From assembly GCA_002269645.1 (NCBI GenBank), contig NIVC01002276.1, positions 1-64,000 of the forward strand: a stretch of 64,000 nt of DNA, given 5' to 3'. The notes under the pieces were generated by a model. It was not told the DNA's origin and ran no database searches. It worked only from the letters and a program-made list of their open reading frames with translations. The translations under genes were made by a program, and so were the position numbers. Below, piece by piece: positions 1-15,356 of the stretch. Position 1 is the stretch's first letter. Each line of letters begins with the position of its first letter. This stretch comes from Macrostomum lignano (Eukaryota).

Positions 1-2099
1 TTTCTTTTTACCATTAACATTTTTAATTTAAGTCTAAAATTGAAAAAATGGTGCTTGTGAATTTTCAAGCTTTTAAATGCATTCTGCATTTTGGAATTTA
101 AAAATGGGGCACTTAGAGCCTTCAAAACGAACTAATGAGCTGCTAAATCCTTGAAACTCATTTCTAATAAAATGGTGTTGCTAATTGTATGACAGATCTT
201 CTCCGACTTGTGTCAACTTTGGGCACATGTAGAATGCCTTGACCCACTTGCCAACAACTTAGAGCGCGCCAATGTGGTTGTGCTATCTACTGCTTGATGG
301 CGTCGCGTCGTAAGTAGTGCTATTTCTTTCTTTTAACTATGTACATAAATTATCTCAAAAGATGGACCAGCACTCAGAATCATGGCAAAAGGTTATTACA
401 ATCTTGAACTTCACCAAAACTATTTTACCCAATTTCCGAAGGCTCTAAGTTTCCTCTTGTCACAAATAAAAAATTCAATGGGTTTGCGGCATGCTTGAAT
501 CTACATTAATTAAGTGAATATGTTGCGTCAGAAGCCATTTTATCGACTTTGTGCAAGTCGCAAGTCTGGAAAGGATTATATGTATTAATCAGATAAAATT
601 GATGAACAAACTTTATAGTGCAAATACAAATAATAAATATAATACTTTTTATAATTTAAAATGTTAAAATTTGACATCATATCTACCACATTACGTGTTG
701 AAGACAAAAAATCCATAAAAGTATACTAAAGAGCATTTGGTTTCTTCACTAAATAAAGTTCCCTTAGGATTTTGCCACTAAAAATGCACACTTGATAGAA
801 CTTGATCTGATGCAGCATACATGTGGAATACCTTTATTTCTGTTGATTTTTCTTTGCAAGACAGTGTCTTTTAAAATTTATACTTATCAAATACATCACA
901 GTGCCTCTATAAGGACAAAACAATGCACTGTGCAGTAAACAAGGAGTAGGCAATCACCCACAAAGAAGTAAACTATTTTTATTCAAATCAAATTTCAACA
1001 TCAAATCAGATTTAAATCAGTCAATTTTCATGCTTTAAAAATTTGAACTGCTTTTTACTTCCTTTGCAAATCAAATGTCTTAATTTTCTAACCTTTGCTT
1101 TTGCATTTCAGAACACGACGGAGAACATTGTTTGACTTAATTTTGCTGATTTTGATCGGATGACAACGGGTATATATGTGTGCCCTGACTAGACCTCAAA
1201 TGACCTGAACTAAACCAAGTATGGCCCCAAAAAATTCTCTGAAAATGTCACCTGGACCACTCTAAATCGCCCTGAAATGCCAGGGCCCCTGAAGAAATCG
1301 AACTGAAACATCCTTTCCTTGTTTAAATTGTCCTGAAGTAGCATGGCCCCTGAGAAACTTCCCTAAACCTAAGAATGCCCTGAACTGCATCATGTATCAG
1401 CCTCAGCTAACTCCTGAATTGCCTTTTCCAAAATACGAGACATTGTTCTTGTCATTCCTTCCTTAAGTTTTTATTGTCAACCATGCTTTCTTTGTAATTC
1501 CTCTGCTGCTGAAGTTTCCCAAAACGAAGTTGCATTTAATCTTTCTGATCTCATATTGCACGTGTTTAAACTGTAAAATGAAACAAGAATTTGTGTGTTT
1601 ACTAAAACATTTTGTAGCTTTTCCCATTGCGTATTGCATTTCTTATTGTTTACTTATCTTTACTGCTGCCGACCTGGTACTTGGAAATGTACCACACACG
1701 GACAGCTCTTTGACAAGCTACTCATTATATTAAAAATTTACACACAAAATACACATATTACTATACTAGTAACAGAACGGCATTGGATTTTTACACTAAC
1801 TTCATAATTAAAATAAAAAAGCAATTTATCTGGTGTATCATTCTTTTTATACTAACAACTCATGCCATTAAAAAATGAAAAGCAAATTTTGCATGTGAAT
1901 AAAGAGTATGGGGTAAAATTGCAACATGCAAATATGTATGAATGTTTAATTAAAGAGTCTGCAATTCCTTCAACATCCGGGTTCAATCAACATGCAGCAG
2001 CAGGCTAGGCAAACAAGCTGGACAGACCCACAATTGTCAGGTCCATGTTGCCATTGCCTCGCTGAAGATGCAGATTCACCAAGGTCACCACGTTGTTGC

Positions 2100-2330
2100 C
2101 AAGCTGATTGAACAGCTTGTTGATATTTTCAACCACCTATTGGGCTTAATAAATCAAATTAAATTAAAGTTGGGAAATCCCGCATCAATTACCGCATCAA
2201 TTGGGCTTAATAAATGTAATAAAATTAAGGTCGGGAAATCCCGCATTGAATCCCACATCGATTGGGCTTAATAAATGTAATTAAATTAAAGTTGGGAAAT
2301 CCCGCATCAAATCTCGCACTGAAAACCGCG
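2100..2330. repeat. Short tandem array, about 3 copies of a ~70-bp unit
   Basis: ttgggcttaataaat...aaattaaagttgggaaatcccgcatc recurs three times. Confidence 0.7.
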
Positions 2331-2594
2331 TTGTTATGTATTGTACGTTACAATGCGGTTTTTATGGCGGGAAAAACCATACAGTAAAAAGTCGCACACG
2401 TCGAAATCTTGAAGTTCGGCTGCAATTATATATGAAAAAGAAATATTTTTCAATACATATTGGCCACACTTTAAGATTAAGTTTATTTTAATTAAAAAAA
2501 TAATTTTAATCTTTTATTTTATTTTAATTAAAAACCTGAAAAAAACTCAAGGAAGACAAATTTCTGTTTGCTTAAAAATTTCAAAAAAAATATC

Positions 2595-2665
2595 TGACCA
2601 CTTGGGATTCGAACCCTTGCTGCACACAATCACAAGTAAATCGACATATCCACTAAGCCCTGGAT
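2595..2665 (-). mobile_element. tRNA-derived SINE head or tRNA pseudogene fragment
   Basis: Minus strand reads gggcttagtggatatg (A-box-like) ... ggttcgaatccc (B-box). I could not fold a convincing cloverleaf. Confidence 0.4.
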
Positions 2666-3330
2666 GAAATTCTTGCGCGAAAAAATGCAATTTTGTGTCA
2701 AAAAATCCAGAAAAAATGCGTCGCAGAATTTCAGACAAATTTGCTAATTCTTAATATATGCAAAAGTGCACTTGAGATATTGGATTTTGCAAAAGATAAT
2801 CCTACTAGCTAAGATCATGAAGAAAAAAGAATAAAAAGTAAAAACTAAATAAGGCACAAAAGGCACAACACCTTTGGTACTGGTTGGTGGTACAACAAAA
2901 AAAACTGAGCTTCTATTAGCTGGTTTTTCATTGGCAGATACAAGTTTTTGGTGCTCAGAAAAAGCAAAAATTTGGTCTTATCTACTAGGCTCCTCTGTGA
3001 GTGCGAATGGTGAAGAGCACACCAAAGCATCAAATAAAGCTCTGAACAGAGCTGAACAGTCGCTGTATGGAAATCGCTAAGCGATTTGTTTGCTCTATGA
3101 TAAAAATCGTATGAGCTAAGTCTGGTGCTATACATTACGAAGATGAAATCACTATCATGCGGCTTCAAGGATGTGACATAGTAATTTAATAATTTAACAA
3201 TTTAATATTCTGCTGGAAGCCACTAATGAGTGGATCAATGAGGAAAACAGAAAACTTCTTTTAACCCCATTGCCGTGCACAAATCTGCTGCCCCATTTTT
3301 TATACCTAGACTCGTTGTACTAATCAGGCT

Positions 3331-4867
3331 GTGCTCATTGCAGTAATGATTAATGGAGAGAGAGTTGCACTGCCAATCGGTGCACCAGACATTTATTGCC
3401 TTGATGTTGATGACAGCACTATGACTACAACTGACGATGCCCTCCAGTTGGATAGTGCCAGTGGCAGTGAAGGATATCCTGACGAAAGTGATGATGACAG
3501 CGAGTTGGACCAAGTGTTAAACTCAGATTATTCACAGCCTGAATCAGCTTACAATGTGACTGTTACAGGCGGCTCCTTAGATCAGCTTGCTGAGCTTATG
3601 TTTGAAACATTCACCGAGGAGCTCAAACTGCCAAAGGAAGTGCTGGCACAATATTGTGGAACTAGTGCAGATAGCCAGTATCAACATCCAAATTTTTCTA
3701 AAAGAATTATTGCATTGTCAGGTTGCCTTGAAATTGCGGATAGCACCTTGTTCCAGCCTATGATTTGGGATGCTTCTCACCTATTGAATTTGGCAGTACT
3801 TGCCGGGTGAAAGCAAATTTTGCCACTTTTTTGAGTTTGTTGCTTCACTCCCACATATCTGGGAGGCAGCTGGCAAAGACTCAGAACTAGACAATTTAGT
3901 TCCTGGAATGCATGGCGTCATTCATGCTAAGTTTAAGGTAATTTGTTTGAAATATTTTTGTTAAGACAAGGCAGCACTAGTTAGCTTCATGTTAGAATCG
4001 AAACACTTAGAGCCCAAAGCTCAGAATAGTTGATATATTTATACAAGCGTACACAAAGTACATATTAGGTAAGTTACATTGCTAGCAGGCCTGGCCTGAT
4101 TGGCTGGAGAGAAAAGCACAAATGCACAGGGTAGAGAGAATGCGATAGCAAAGGAAAATATAGCCAGCGCAGACAAACCCAAACCTAACCATTTTTCTTA
4201 CATATACATGCAAATGCACACTTTTTTATCATTATTTCTATTTTCAGGGCCTCTTTGAGGAGCTCTTCTGGGGCAAGCTGGCGTCCTATAGAATTTCATG
4301 TTTTAGAGCAGCAAATACATCTGCTACTGCTGGAACCAACTCCAACAAGACAAATGTCTCACTGGTCAAGGGCCAGCTCCTCCTGTCTCTTTTGCTGGAG
4401 ATAAATTTGTCCACCACAATTCAACTATATTTTCGTGTTGAAACTGATAAAGGGGAGTTTTTGAACTGCCTACTTGATGAGCAAAAACTGGTCCGCCTTA
4501 TCTATACAGTACCAGAAGTGTACAACACTGCCAGATGAGTGTGCTGTACTATCATCGACGTTGCTCTGAGCACTGGGGCAGTGAGGCCATTGCAGATTCA
4601 TTTTATGGCATTATGCGAAGCCAATGCAAGTTTGGTTGCCAAGAAAATCGCAGCCTCGTTCTTTGAACGAAAGTTGACTGGTCACTGCCTCCATTGAATG
4701 ATCAAGGAGAACAAGCAGTTTCTGGTATTGCTGCCAAGTACCTTCAGCAAGCTGCAGTTCCCATTGCCTCCGACCAGCGCACCATTGGGGGCTATTTCCA
4801 AATGGGAGCTCCTAGTATTGTTCAACAGCAAAAGAACGAGAAAACCCGGCTGCCTTATTTGATGTAA
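3331..4867 (+). pseudogene. Decayed hAT-like DNA transposase
   Basis: ORF 3331-3810 has ADSQY and WDASHLLNLAV, resembling the hAT second-Asp and CxxH-LNL motifs. Downstream fragments read GSEAIADSFYGIMRSQ...TKVDWSLPP, resembling the hAT C-terminal SxA-E-xFS region. Stops and frameshifts interrupt it. Confidence 0.5.
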
Positions 4868-5196
4868 CAGTCATATTTCAATTTTTACTCTAGCTACAAT
4901 TTTTATTTATTATTCATTGACCATTGATGAAGCTTTTATAGGTTTAGGCAGTAGCTAAGCCATTAAAAAACTTGTTTTTACCATTTTGCGACATGCTAAG
5001 TACCAAAATAAAAAATGTGACCAATAAAAAATATTTTGCGTGCCATAAAAAAATTGCATAACTCTGTTTGACTTAAGAAATACAAGAATTCCATCCTGGC
5101 ACTAAGCTACTAATTGCTTGTGAAAAAGCCCTACAGAACATGCATTTTATATCAATGATTATTGCCGTGCCTATAAGCTCAAATATTATAGACATG

Positions 5197-5837
5197 TAGT
5201 GTTCCGCCGTAGCCGTAGCTACGGCTACGGGATCCTACGGCAAATACGGTAAAATAGGTGCCTACGGCAGCTATGGATATGCCTACGGTAGCTAGCTGCT
5301 CTTACGGCTACGACTACGGAAATATGGCATTTGCTGTCACATTCCGTAGATTCCCATAGCCATAATTATTAATGTTAAAAATTGAAAAATTCCTAGAAAC
5401 AGGTAGAGTAAAACAAATATATGTTTAGTAAACTGTATTATCAACCTAGAAACTTATAAAATATACCTAAAAAGGTACAATAAAACACTAGCAAACTCTA
5501 ATTTTTATTAATGTGAAAAAAATTAGCGTTAGTACTTTCAGTAACGATTAAGTATTGTTGCTCTGAAAAAAGACGAAATATAATCTTACAAAGGCAATTG
5601 AGTGTTTCTTTTATTTTCTAATTTAATTTGCAGTTGTTTAAGCACTAGGTTATCATCTTGATTCAAAATATTTTACTTTTTAGTCTTTTTGTTAAAACTA
5701 CGGCTACGGCTATGGGAACTACAGGAATATAGTAATTTTGGTTCCCTATGGCTACGGATACGGAGAATTGGAATAAGCCATAGTTTTGCTTACGGCTACG
5801 GCTACGGTACATGGACCCTCCTTACGGCGGAACACTA
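5197..5837. mobile_element. hAT-type MITE, 641 bp
   Basis: TIRs tagtgttccgccgta / tacggcggaacacta; 8-bp TSD tagacatg at 5189-5196 and 5838-5845; subterminal (c/t)acggct repeats. Confidence 0.9.
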
Positions 5838-6062
5838 TAGACATGGCCACCATGCCTATATAAGTACTCCGTATTTTAATAGGCCTAGCACTTAGCCTTT
5901 CATATGAAACCAAAAACTGAAAATGAAAGGACGTTTTTTAGGAATTTTTGGCATATATTTTAGTGCAACTTTTTGTTTTTGGCGTACACTGGTGTACAAA
6001 GTCATTGATGCCCAAATTTTGTCCAGCATACACGGGTATATGATCCACACACTGGTCCTGAC

Positions 6063-6670
6063 TAATAGTACACTCAGGAAGGTGTCACGTGTGCGTGGGA
6101 ATATATTTCAGCGTATTTTTGGAGTGTGCGCTGTGCGCGAAGCTAAAATGGGTATTTGTGCGCTGAGTTCTATATTTGTTTATTGACAAATACATAGCTA
6201 GAGTACTAATATGCCGTAGCACTAAAAACTCGGTAAAAGTCCAATTAAAACAAAACAAAAAACACGGTTAAATTTTTGTACCTTATATAGGCTTTTTTCA
6301 ACTCAAAACTTTTGCTTTATTTTAGCTCACATAGAAAATTGTCAAAAGAAATAGCTTTATCTTTACGGTAAAATCCCATTTTGAATTTTATTATTCGTTT
6401 CACTTACCAAGAAACAATTTTTTATTGATATGCTTGGCAAAAACAAAATCTTAAAGCATATTTTACGCACTGCATATGCAGATTATACATTTAGGTGACT
6501 CATTGTGAGCTAAATTTTTCTGATCAGGTTTTGCTGTGCGCCAATGTGCGCTAAAAACTTTTGCTAAGCCTTTGTTGTGCGCCGCATGCGCCATTTTGCG
6601 CACATTTTTTGTTGATGTGTGCCAGAATTTTCCGCCATAATGTACACCTTCCTGAATGTGGCTGACTATG
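6063..6670. mobile_element. Diverged MITE related to the 7987-8660 element
   Basis: Imperfect inverted ends tcaggaaggtgt / acaccttcctga and gcgc-rich subterminal motifs; no TSD found. Confidence 0.35.
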
Positions 6671-6854
6671 GCCTAAACAGTCCTCTAGATAATCTGGAGC
6701 AACCATTTTGGTGCTCCACATTATAATTCTATAACTGCCAGCGAGGATGCTGTGAATATACATGAATATGTGAATATAAGCTAAATTCCTAACTAAACAC
6801 AGAAGTTGATGCTACAATAGGCCTATTGCACTTGGAAGTGGTCCTATTTTGAAG

Positions 6855-7130
6855 CATACATGCGCAACTGCTGGCCGACCTGGCCGATCTGGCCACCGTA
6901 AATTGTGGTGGACCAGGGGTAAGTCGCAAAAATGCCCACCCCAAAGAATACAGACGTAGTACTAATTAGATGACGAGGCATTTAGCCCTTATAAGACAGT
7001 CATAGTTACTCTTGCCGTTTACCCAAAATTATGTTAATGTTGCTCTAGGGTTTCTTCCACAGGTAAGTCGCATTTTTGGTCAAAAAGTAAGTTGCATGGC
7101 CAGTGTAAATCAGGGGGTTGCGCATGTATG
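6855..7130. mobile_element. Short MITE, copy 1 (276 bp)
   Basis: Perfect 14-bp TIR catacatgcgcaac / gttgcgcatgtatg; near-identical second copy starts at 7741. Confidence 0.85.
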
Positions 7131-7740
7131 TTCCCTACTTAACAAGGCAACAACTAAACTAAATATAGCCCAATAAACTTCTTAGTTCTTAATATTTAGG
7201 TTAAATACATAAACAAAAAAAAACATAATACTTATCCTATTGTTTCACTTTGTCCTTAAAGATATATTATATATTAACAAAAACATGGCAAACTTCTTAT
7301 AGTAAGGACTATAAAATTGGTAATAATCTGTAAGTTTGAATATTAAAGATATACTATAGCTATATATTTAACTGCGGCCACACTTCAAGATTTAGTATTA
7401 TTAAAAATTTAATTTAATTTATTATTTTATTTTAATAAAAAAAACTTAACATGTTTAAGGACTTCGTTCAATTTGTTGTGAGGACATATTGGGCTTTTCA
7501 ATATTGGCTGCAAGAGGTCTTAGACAATAGGGCCAAAATTATAGACTGAGCTGCTGACTAGTGCTACAAATGACTTGTATATGCAACTCTGCATAGATAA
7601 AAACTGTCTTAAAGAAGTTTCTGGGATTTAAAACAAAAATATTGAAATTCTCTCATTTTTGATACACCCAGGAAATTTGGAATAGGCCTAAGAAATAATT
7701 ATATATCACGTGTAAAAAGTAGAGGTCGGACGGAATTGAA

Positions 7741-8708
7741 CATACATGCGCAACTGCTGGCCAACCTGGCCGATCTGGCCACCGTAAATTGTGGTGGACC
7801 AGGGGTAAGTCACAAAAATGCCCACCGCAAAGAATACAGACGTAGTACTAATTAGATGACGAAACATTTAGCCCTTAAAAGAGAGTCATAGTTACTCTTG
7901 CCGTTTACCCAAAATTGCGTTAATGTTGCTCCAGGGTTTCTTTCACAGGTAAGTCGCATTTTTGGTCAAAAAGTAAGTCGCATGGCCCATAGTCAGGAAG
8001 GTGGCAGTTTGGTCGGAAAATTCCGGCGCACACAAGCCCTTTTTAGGGACACAACGGCACACAACGGCGCACAGCGGCGCGCCACAACAGCGCACAGCGG
8101 CACACTGGCGCACAGCGGCGCACAACGGCGCACACCAGAGGACACCGGCGCATGGCGGCGTGGCGCGGCGGGCGCCGCGCCACATGCAGCGTTACCCTTG
8201 TGGCGATCCCATGTAACGATGTAAGTCGTTACTTGTTACAGTACACTATTCACTGTTCTATCTAATGTAACACTGCATTCTACCAAAAAAAAAATAAAAT
8301 AAAATATTTTCCTTTTCCTTTTTACCTTTGTTTTTGCCATTTGCTTACTTTTTATGTTTGTTTTGTTTTAAAAATTAGAAATTAAATTAAAAATTTTTTA
8401 AATTTCTATTTTCGAATTTCTATTTCTATTTTCAGATCTCAATTTCTCATAATATAATATAGATAGCCCGTAACCGTCCCGTATATTGGCGCACAAAAAT
8501 TGTTGCTATGTTGTAAAAAAAGGTCTTTTATTGTCGCAAGGCAGGTAGTGGCGGGCGCACAACGGCGCACACGAGGGTTTTTGTGTCGGCGCACGGCGCA
8601 CAATTTTGGGAGAGGCCAAAATTTGTTCCGGCGCACACTCTGCCACCTTCCTGACTATGGCGCATGGCCAGTGTAAATCAGGGGGGTTGCGCAGCGCATA
8701 CATGTATG
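7741..8708. mobile_element. Short MITE, copy 2, interrupted by a nested MITE
   Basis: Same sequence as 6855-7130, split at cgcatggc by the 7987-8660 insertion. Confidence 0.85.
7987..8660. mobile_element. hAT-type MITE, 674 bp, nested
   Basis: Perfect 21-bp TIR ccatagtcaggaaggtggcag; 8-bp TSD cgcatggc at 7979-7986 and 8661-8668; the empty site is visible in copy 1 near 7093. Confidence 0.92.
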
Positions 8709-10199
8709 TTTTGAAGTTTGATTTTAAGAGTAATTTTAAGTTAATTTTAATTTTATCCTAGATGGATACTGCTACGTGATTGTAAAACTAAAGAAAGCCC
8801 CGCTTTTTAGCAAACATTCCGCATCCGAATTTTAGTAGATGAAAAATTAGGCTTTTATATATAGGCCTACTAATACTACTAAAGATTTTGCAGACCAGAA
8901 CTTTATAATTACTACCCCAACATCTTTAGAAATAAAAACATCCTAGAAAGTATAAACTATAATAAAGCTAAAATGTGAGCGCTTACCGAAAAACTGCATA
9001 AAGACGTGTAGACTAGACGTGTAGTGCCAGGCTTTGCGTCTCAGTGGGGGTGAAGTGTGATGAACGTGAACGAGCGACGGGTGATACAGAAGACTTTTTA
9101 AAAAGTTTTTATATCATTTTAAATAAACTGTTTGAAATTATTTTTTATTTTTGAAAAAGTAAAATTTTCCCATTAAGTTTTATTCACAGCAAAATATTTA
9201 AAGCAAAGTAAGCCTGCTTTGTTTTAATAATCCTTGGCTTTAATAAAAACCGGTGTGGTGTGCTTGCAAAAGCTGTCAAAACGGCGCCCGACCTTCTTTG
9301 TGATTGTGCCAGTCGGAAGGCATTATTGATGTTATTTTTATATCTTGAAATTACTATCTCCTAAACTTAATGTTCAAAAATTAATTTATCTGCCCCGATT
9401 AACAAGCGCCATGACTTTCCATGAGTTTTTGAGTTGTAATAAGACATTAGTGAAAGTTTCTGATTCTAAATCTTGCCATAGATATATATATGGCAGTGCT
9501 TATCCCCACGGTACCGTAGGAATAATTTCTGTCTTATTCCAACGGTACCGTGCGAATAATTTTCTGCTTATCCGCACGGCACACTGAGGAGATAGCTGCC
9601 CTATCTTCTACATATGCCGTGCGAATAATTTTCTGCTTATCCGCACGGCACACTGAGGAGATAGCTGCCCTATCTTCTACATATGCCGTGCGAATAATTT
9701 TCTGCTTATCCGCACGGCACACTGACGAGATAGCTGCCCTATCTTCTACATATGCCGTGTTGTGGGAAGTTTAGTACATACGATTTGAGTGCAGTATAAC
9801 AACATAACTTGGCTTGAACATTTGTTCTAAAGAAATAAAGATTTTTTCTATTTTTTTGTGTAGTAACAAATGATTTAAATTAAATTAACTCTAAGAGTTG
9901 TTTATTATTTAAATTTTTAGCAAAGTCTAATCTGATCTCGCCGTGATTTATATATGACAAGCTGTTGAAACCCGCGGATTTTGAACCCGGGGAATTCCAA
10001 TCCCCGGAACTACTTTTGCATGTATTCTGAAATCTAAGGCCATACGCAAACAAATTAATGTTAGTAAGATAGAGGTAGACATAAAATGGAGCACATTTGT
10101 GTAAAATTAGGGTTTGAGGCAAACATTGATATTGTTTGCTGGGGTACTCCACAGAATGCCAGGCAATGTCTGTCTGACTCTAAAACATGTATTGGCAAA

Positions 10200-11460
<1,261 letters not shown>

Positions 11461-11470
<10 letters not shown>

Positions 11471-13440
11471 TCACTCTCATCTGGCCCGCAGCCATGAGCT
11501 GGATTCTTTATCTGGCCTTTGAGATAAAAATCTGCCAATCCCTGCTTCGAAAGTACTATCATGGGGACCTTTGAAACTTCGCAATAGCAATCCGGCCCTC
11601 GGGTCCTTTGAAACTTCGCAATAGCAATCCGGCCCTCGGGTCCTTTGAAACTTCGCAATAGCAATCCGGCCCTCGTGGGACGTAGTACTATCATGGTTGT
11701 TATAATTTCTCATGCTTTAATCACGTCATCTTTCTGGCCAATTAGCAGCCCTGAGAGGAATTTGTGTATCTCCATTCTCCAGCTCCACCACCACAGTCTG
11801 CAGCAGTCTAACAACCAAGGAAATACGCATTTCTTAGGAGGCCATTTAAATTTTAAAGTTATCTTATGCGAATCTTAATGTTAAAATTTTGATGGTGTAA
11901 CTAATTTAGTAGGATTGCATTGTAATCAGTTATTCATTAATTTTTCGCTATTTTTACAAACCATCCCACATCGCCTTGATTTGCCATCCTTGTTTAACTG
12001 CTGCAGACTTGTCTATTCAGAGGACAGTGGTTTGAAATTGAATCTCTCACTAAACTCTCTCCTCTCCACGCCTCTCCACTCGCGGGGGTGCAGAGAAGGC
12101 TATTAAAAAGTTATTCCAAAACACTGTACATTCGCTATGTACATTGAGCCCTATCGCCTGATCCTTCGTCTGGGGGAATGAGTTGGGTGAGCGGCAAACA
12201 ACAGAAAAAGCAGACAAACTTCACATGCTTATAGTTTCTGTCCTAATTAGGATACAGAGTTGAAACTTAACATTTAGATAGAGAATGAGTCAATGAAGGA
12301 TTGTGTCAAGTTTGAATTCAATCGCTTCATGTGGAGCAAACTTATGACAGCCGAAAGTTAGTCTATTTTAAAACCTTTTCCACATCTCGCCAGATAAGGG
12401 AGAGAGAGGCGGAGGTTGGGGTGGCTGCCTCTCCTGCTCATATTCTCTGCAGGCTCTCCTTAACCCCCTCGTCTCTCGCGTTATCTTCTATCGTTTCTCT
12501 TCGCCCCCTCTCGCCCCTACTCTCTTTCTATCTAATAGTCTATTCCTTTTCCTTTTCACTCTCATCTGGCCCGCAGGCGCAGCCATGGGCTGGATTCTTT
12601 ATCTGGCCTTTGAGATAAAAATCTGCCAATCCCTGCTTCAAAAGCCAGTTAGTGGAATTGTGGGACGTAGTACTCGCATGGCTGTTATCATTTCTTATCC
12701 TTTAATCACGTCATCTTTCTGGCCAATTAGCAGCCCTTGAGAGAAATTTGTGTATCTCCAGCTCCACCACCAAAGTCTGCACTCTGCAGCAGTCTAACAA
12801 CCAAGGGAAATACGCATTTCTTAGGAGCCATTTAAATTTTAAAGTTACCTTATGCGAATTTTAATGTTGAAAGCTTCATGCTGTAACTAACTGATTTAGT
12901 AGAATTGCATTGTAATCAGTTGTTATTCATTTATTTTTCGCTATTTTTACAAACCATCCCACCATTGTCTTGACTCTTGATTTGCCATCCACAGTTAAAC
13001 TGCTGCAGACTTGTCTATACAGAGGACAGTGGTTTGAATCTCTCGCTAAACTGTCTCTCCTCTCCACGCCTTTCTAATCGCAGTCGCGGGTACAGAGAAG
13101 GCTATTAAAAAGTTATTCCAAAACACTGTACACTCGCTATGTACATTGAGCCCTATCGCCTGACCCTTCGTCTGGCTCTGGGGGAATGAGTGAGTGAGTG
13201 GCACAAACAACAGAAAAAGCAGACAAACTTCACATGCTTACAGTTTCTGTTCTGATTGAGTTAGAGAGTTGAAACTTTACATTTAGACAGAGAATGAATC
13301 AAAGAAGAATTGTGTTAAGTTAGAAGTCAATCGCTTCACGTGGAGCAAACTATGGCAGCCGAAAGTTAGTCATTTTAAAACCCATTTACACCCTTTGCCC
13401 AGATCGGGAAAGAGGCAGGCGGGCGGAGGTTGGGGTGGCT
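11461..13440. repeat. Diverged direct duplication of about 0.9 kb (about 11461-12425 and 12546-13440)
   Basis: Both copies begin ttcactctcatctggcccgcag...gagataaaaatctgccaatccctgcttc and stay collinear to ggcggaggttggggtggctg. Confidence 0.85.
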
Positions 13441-15356
13441 GTCTCGCTGAAAAAAACAGTCAAACTTTAAAAGTGCACAGCGCCGTTCAGGATTAACTTT
13501 GAGACTCGAAATTTTACACGATTGTGTCAAAATAGTTGAAAATTGATTGTGTCAAATTTGAAGAGGATCGGTAGAAGTGGAGCGGCGCTAAGGAGGCTTT
13601 AGTAAAAAAATCGCGCATTTTGAGCAGTTTTTTGCACTTTTAGGTAGGAAGACTCAAATTTAGGAAATTTAAAGGTAGCCTAAGACATTCTCCGTAGTGA
13701 GTTTAGGGTGGGTGTAAAATTTGGTGTCATTTGGTTGAGTGGTTTGGGAGTCCATAGCGATCAAAATTGTCCACACACAGACAGACACACACACACACAC
13801 AGAGTTTTGATTTTTATATTTAGAGATCATATCATATCATATATATCATGTAAATTCGCATGATTCATATTCATATTGCGGACAAGCAGAAAATTATTCG
13901 CACGGCATATGTAGAAGATAGGGCAGCTATCTGCTCAGTGTGCCGTGCGGATAAGCAGAAAATTATTCGCACGGTACCGTTGGAATAAGACAGAAATTAT
14001 TCCTACGGTACCGTGGGGATAAGCAGTGCCTATATATATATAGACAAACGAAGGCGTAGCCATATACCCATAGTCCTAATTCATTAATATACCAGTGTAT
14101 TGCTATTGGCTATTGACCTATTATATAAATAGCTAGACCTATATGGCTATGTATGTATGTATGCCCTATGGCTAGGTCTATGCCTATGTCTATGAGTCTA
14201 TGAATGACATGTCTATGAGTATGAGTCTAAGCCTATGAATATGATTAATAGTTAAATTGGCCTAGTTAAGCCTGGAGACTGAGGCCTAGTTTTAATATTT
14301 TAAATGTAATTGAGTTGATTAATTGGCGATGTTGTTAATGGATCATAATTTTAAAAGGTTTTTTCATTTTTTTGATCCTGATACAAGGTCAAGGGGTGTC
14401 CTACAAGGGGCAGCTGCAAGATTTGTTCTAGTCATGGACCCTAAGTTCCTAACTTAGGTAAGTTGGCAACATATTGCTTGCTAGGGTTTATGGAATATTT
14501 GTCAACTTGGTTGACGAATGTTCCAACCCTTATTTCTGCAATTGATAAATATTCCAAATCTTCCACTGCCTGTTGTCGAAAGTTCCACAGAATTGGCTTA
14601 ATTCCCGCGTGTGAATTATGCATTTAAGCCTCGCACGCAGTTTGCAACTGCAAGCATCGTCAGTGACTATAATTACAATAATGGTTTGAGCAAGAATCTC
14701 TAAGTTTCTCTCCTCTCGGCTAAGTGAGCCCAGCCAACAAGAATTGCCTGGTGTCTGCACGACTTCGTCACCTCATATTTCAAACTGAGAGCTGAGACCT
14801 AGGTATTTATAGACTGGCAAGTTTAATTCCCACAAAGTAATTATTGGCAATAAAGTTTAATAAATTTACTTAATACATATCATGTAACTTAAAGTTAAAG
14901 CGCATCCAATAGCACTCAGTTGACAAAAATTCCATATTTCTCATTGGTAATTGACAAAGATTCCATTGTTCTTATTGGTAATTGATGAACATTCTAACTA
15001 CCATAGAATTTTATCAACTCTCAGTTGTCAAAAAAAGTTGACAAAAATTTTAGGATCCCTAGCTAGGCCTAGCCTTAATTAAACTATTCAATCCACCTAT
15101 AAACTAGGCCCCCTATTCGTTGACTGATGGTAGGGGGGCCTATTGGGAGTCAAGACCATGAATTATAGGTCAGGTTTTCATGAATATCAACTATCAAGGC
15201 ATTTTTGACCAAGACTTCAAAGTATAAAAATTGTATGTTTTTGCCCTTTTGTAGAGTGAGAGCCTCTTCATGGCAATCGGTTCTAGAACCAGAATAAATT
15301 CAAGTTCTAGAACCAGATCCAGTGTAAAATGAGGAGCTTCGAACCCATTTTATGTT

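Noticed and set aside
9580-9760. CTGA(G/C)GA followed by a hairpin in the 69-bp TIR subrepeat, resembling a hammerhead
   Set aside because: The hairpin is followed by TTCT rather than the obligatory GAAA, and no helix I/III closes.
14530-14760. Minus-strand VTDDAC...KCIIH resembling hAT motifs
   Set aside because: Spacing is too short and there is no further supporting similarity.
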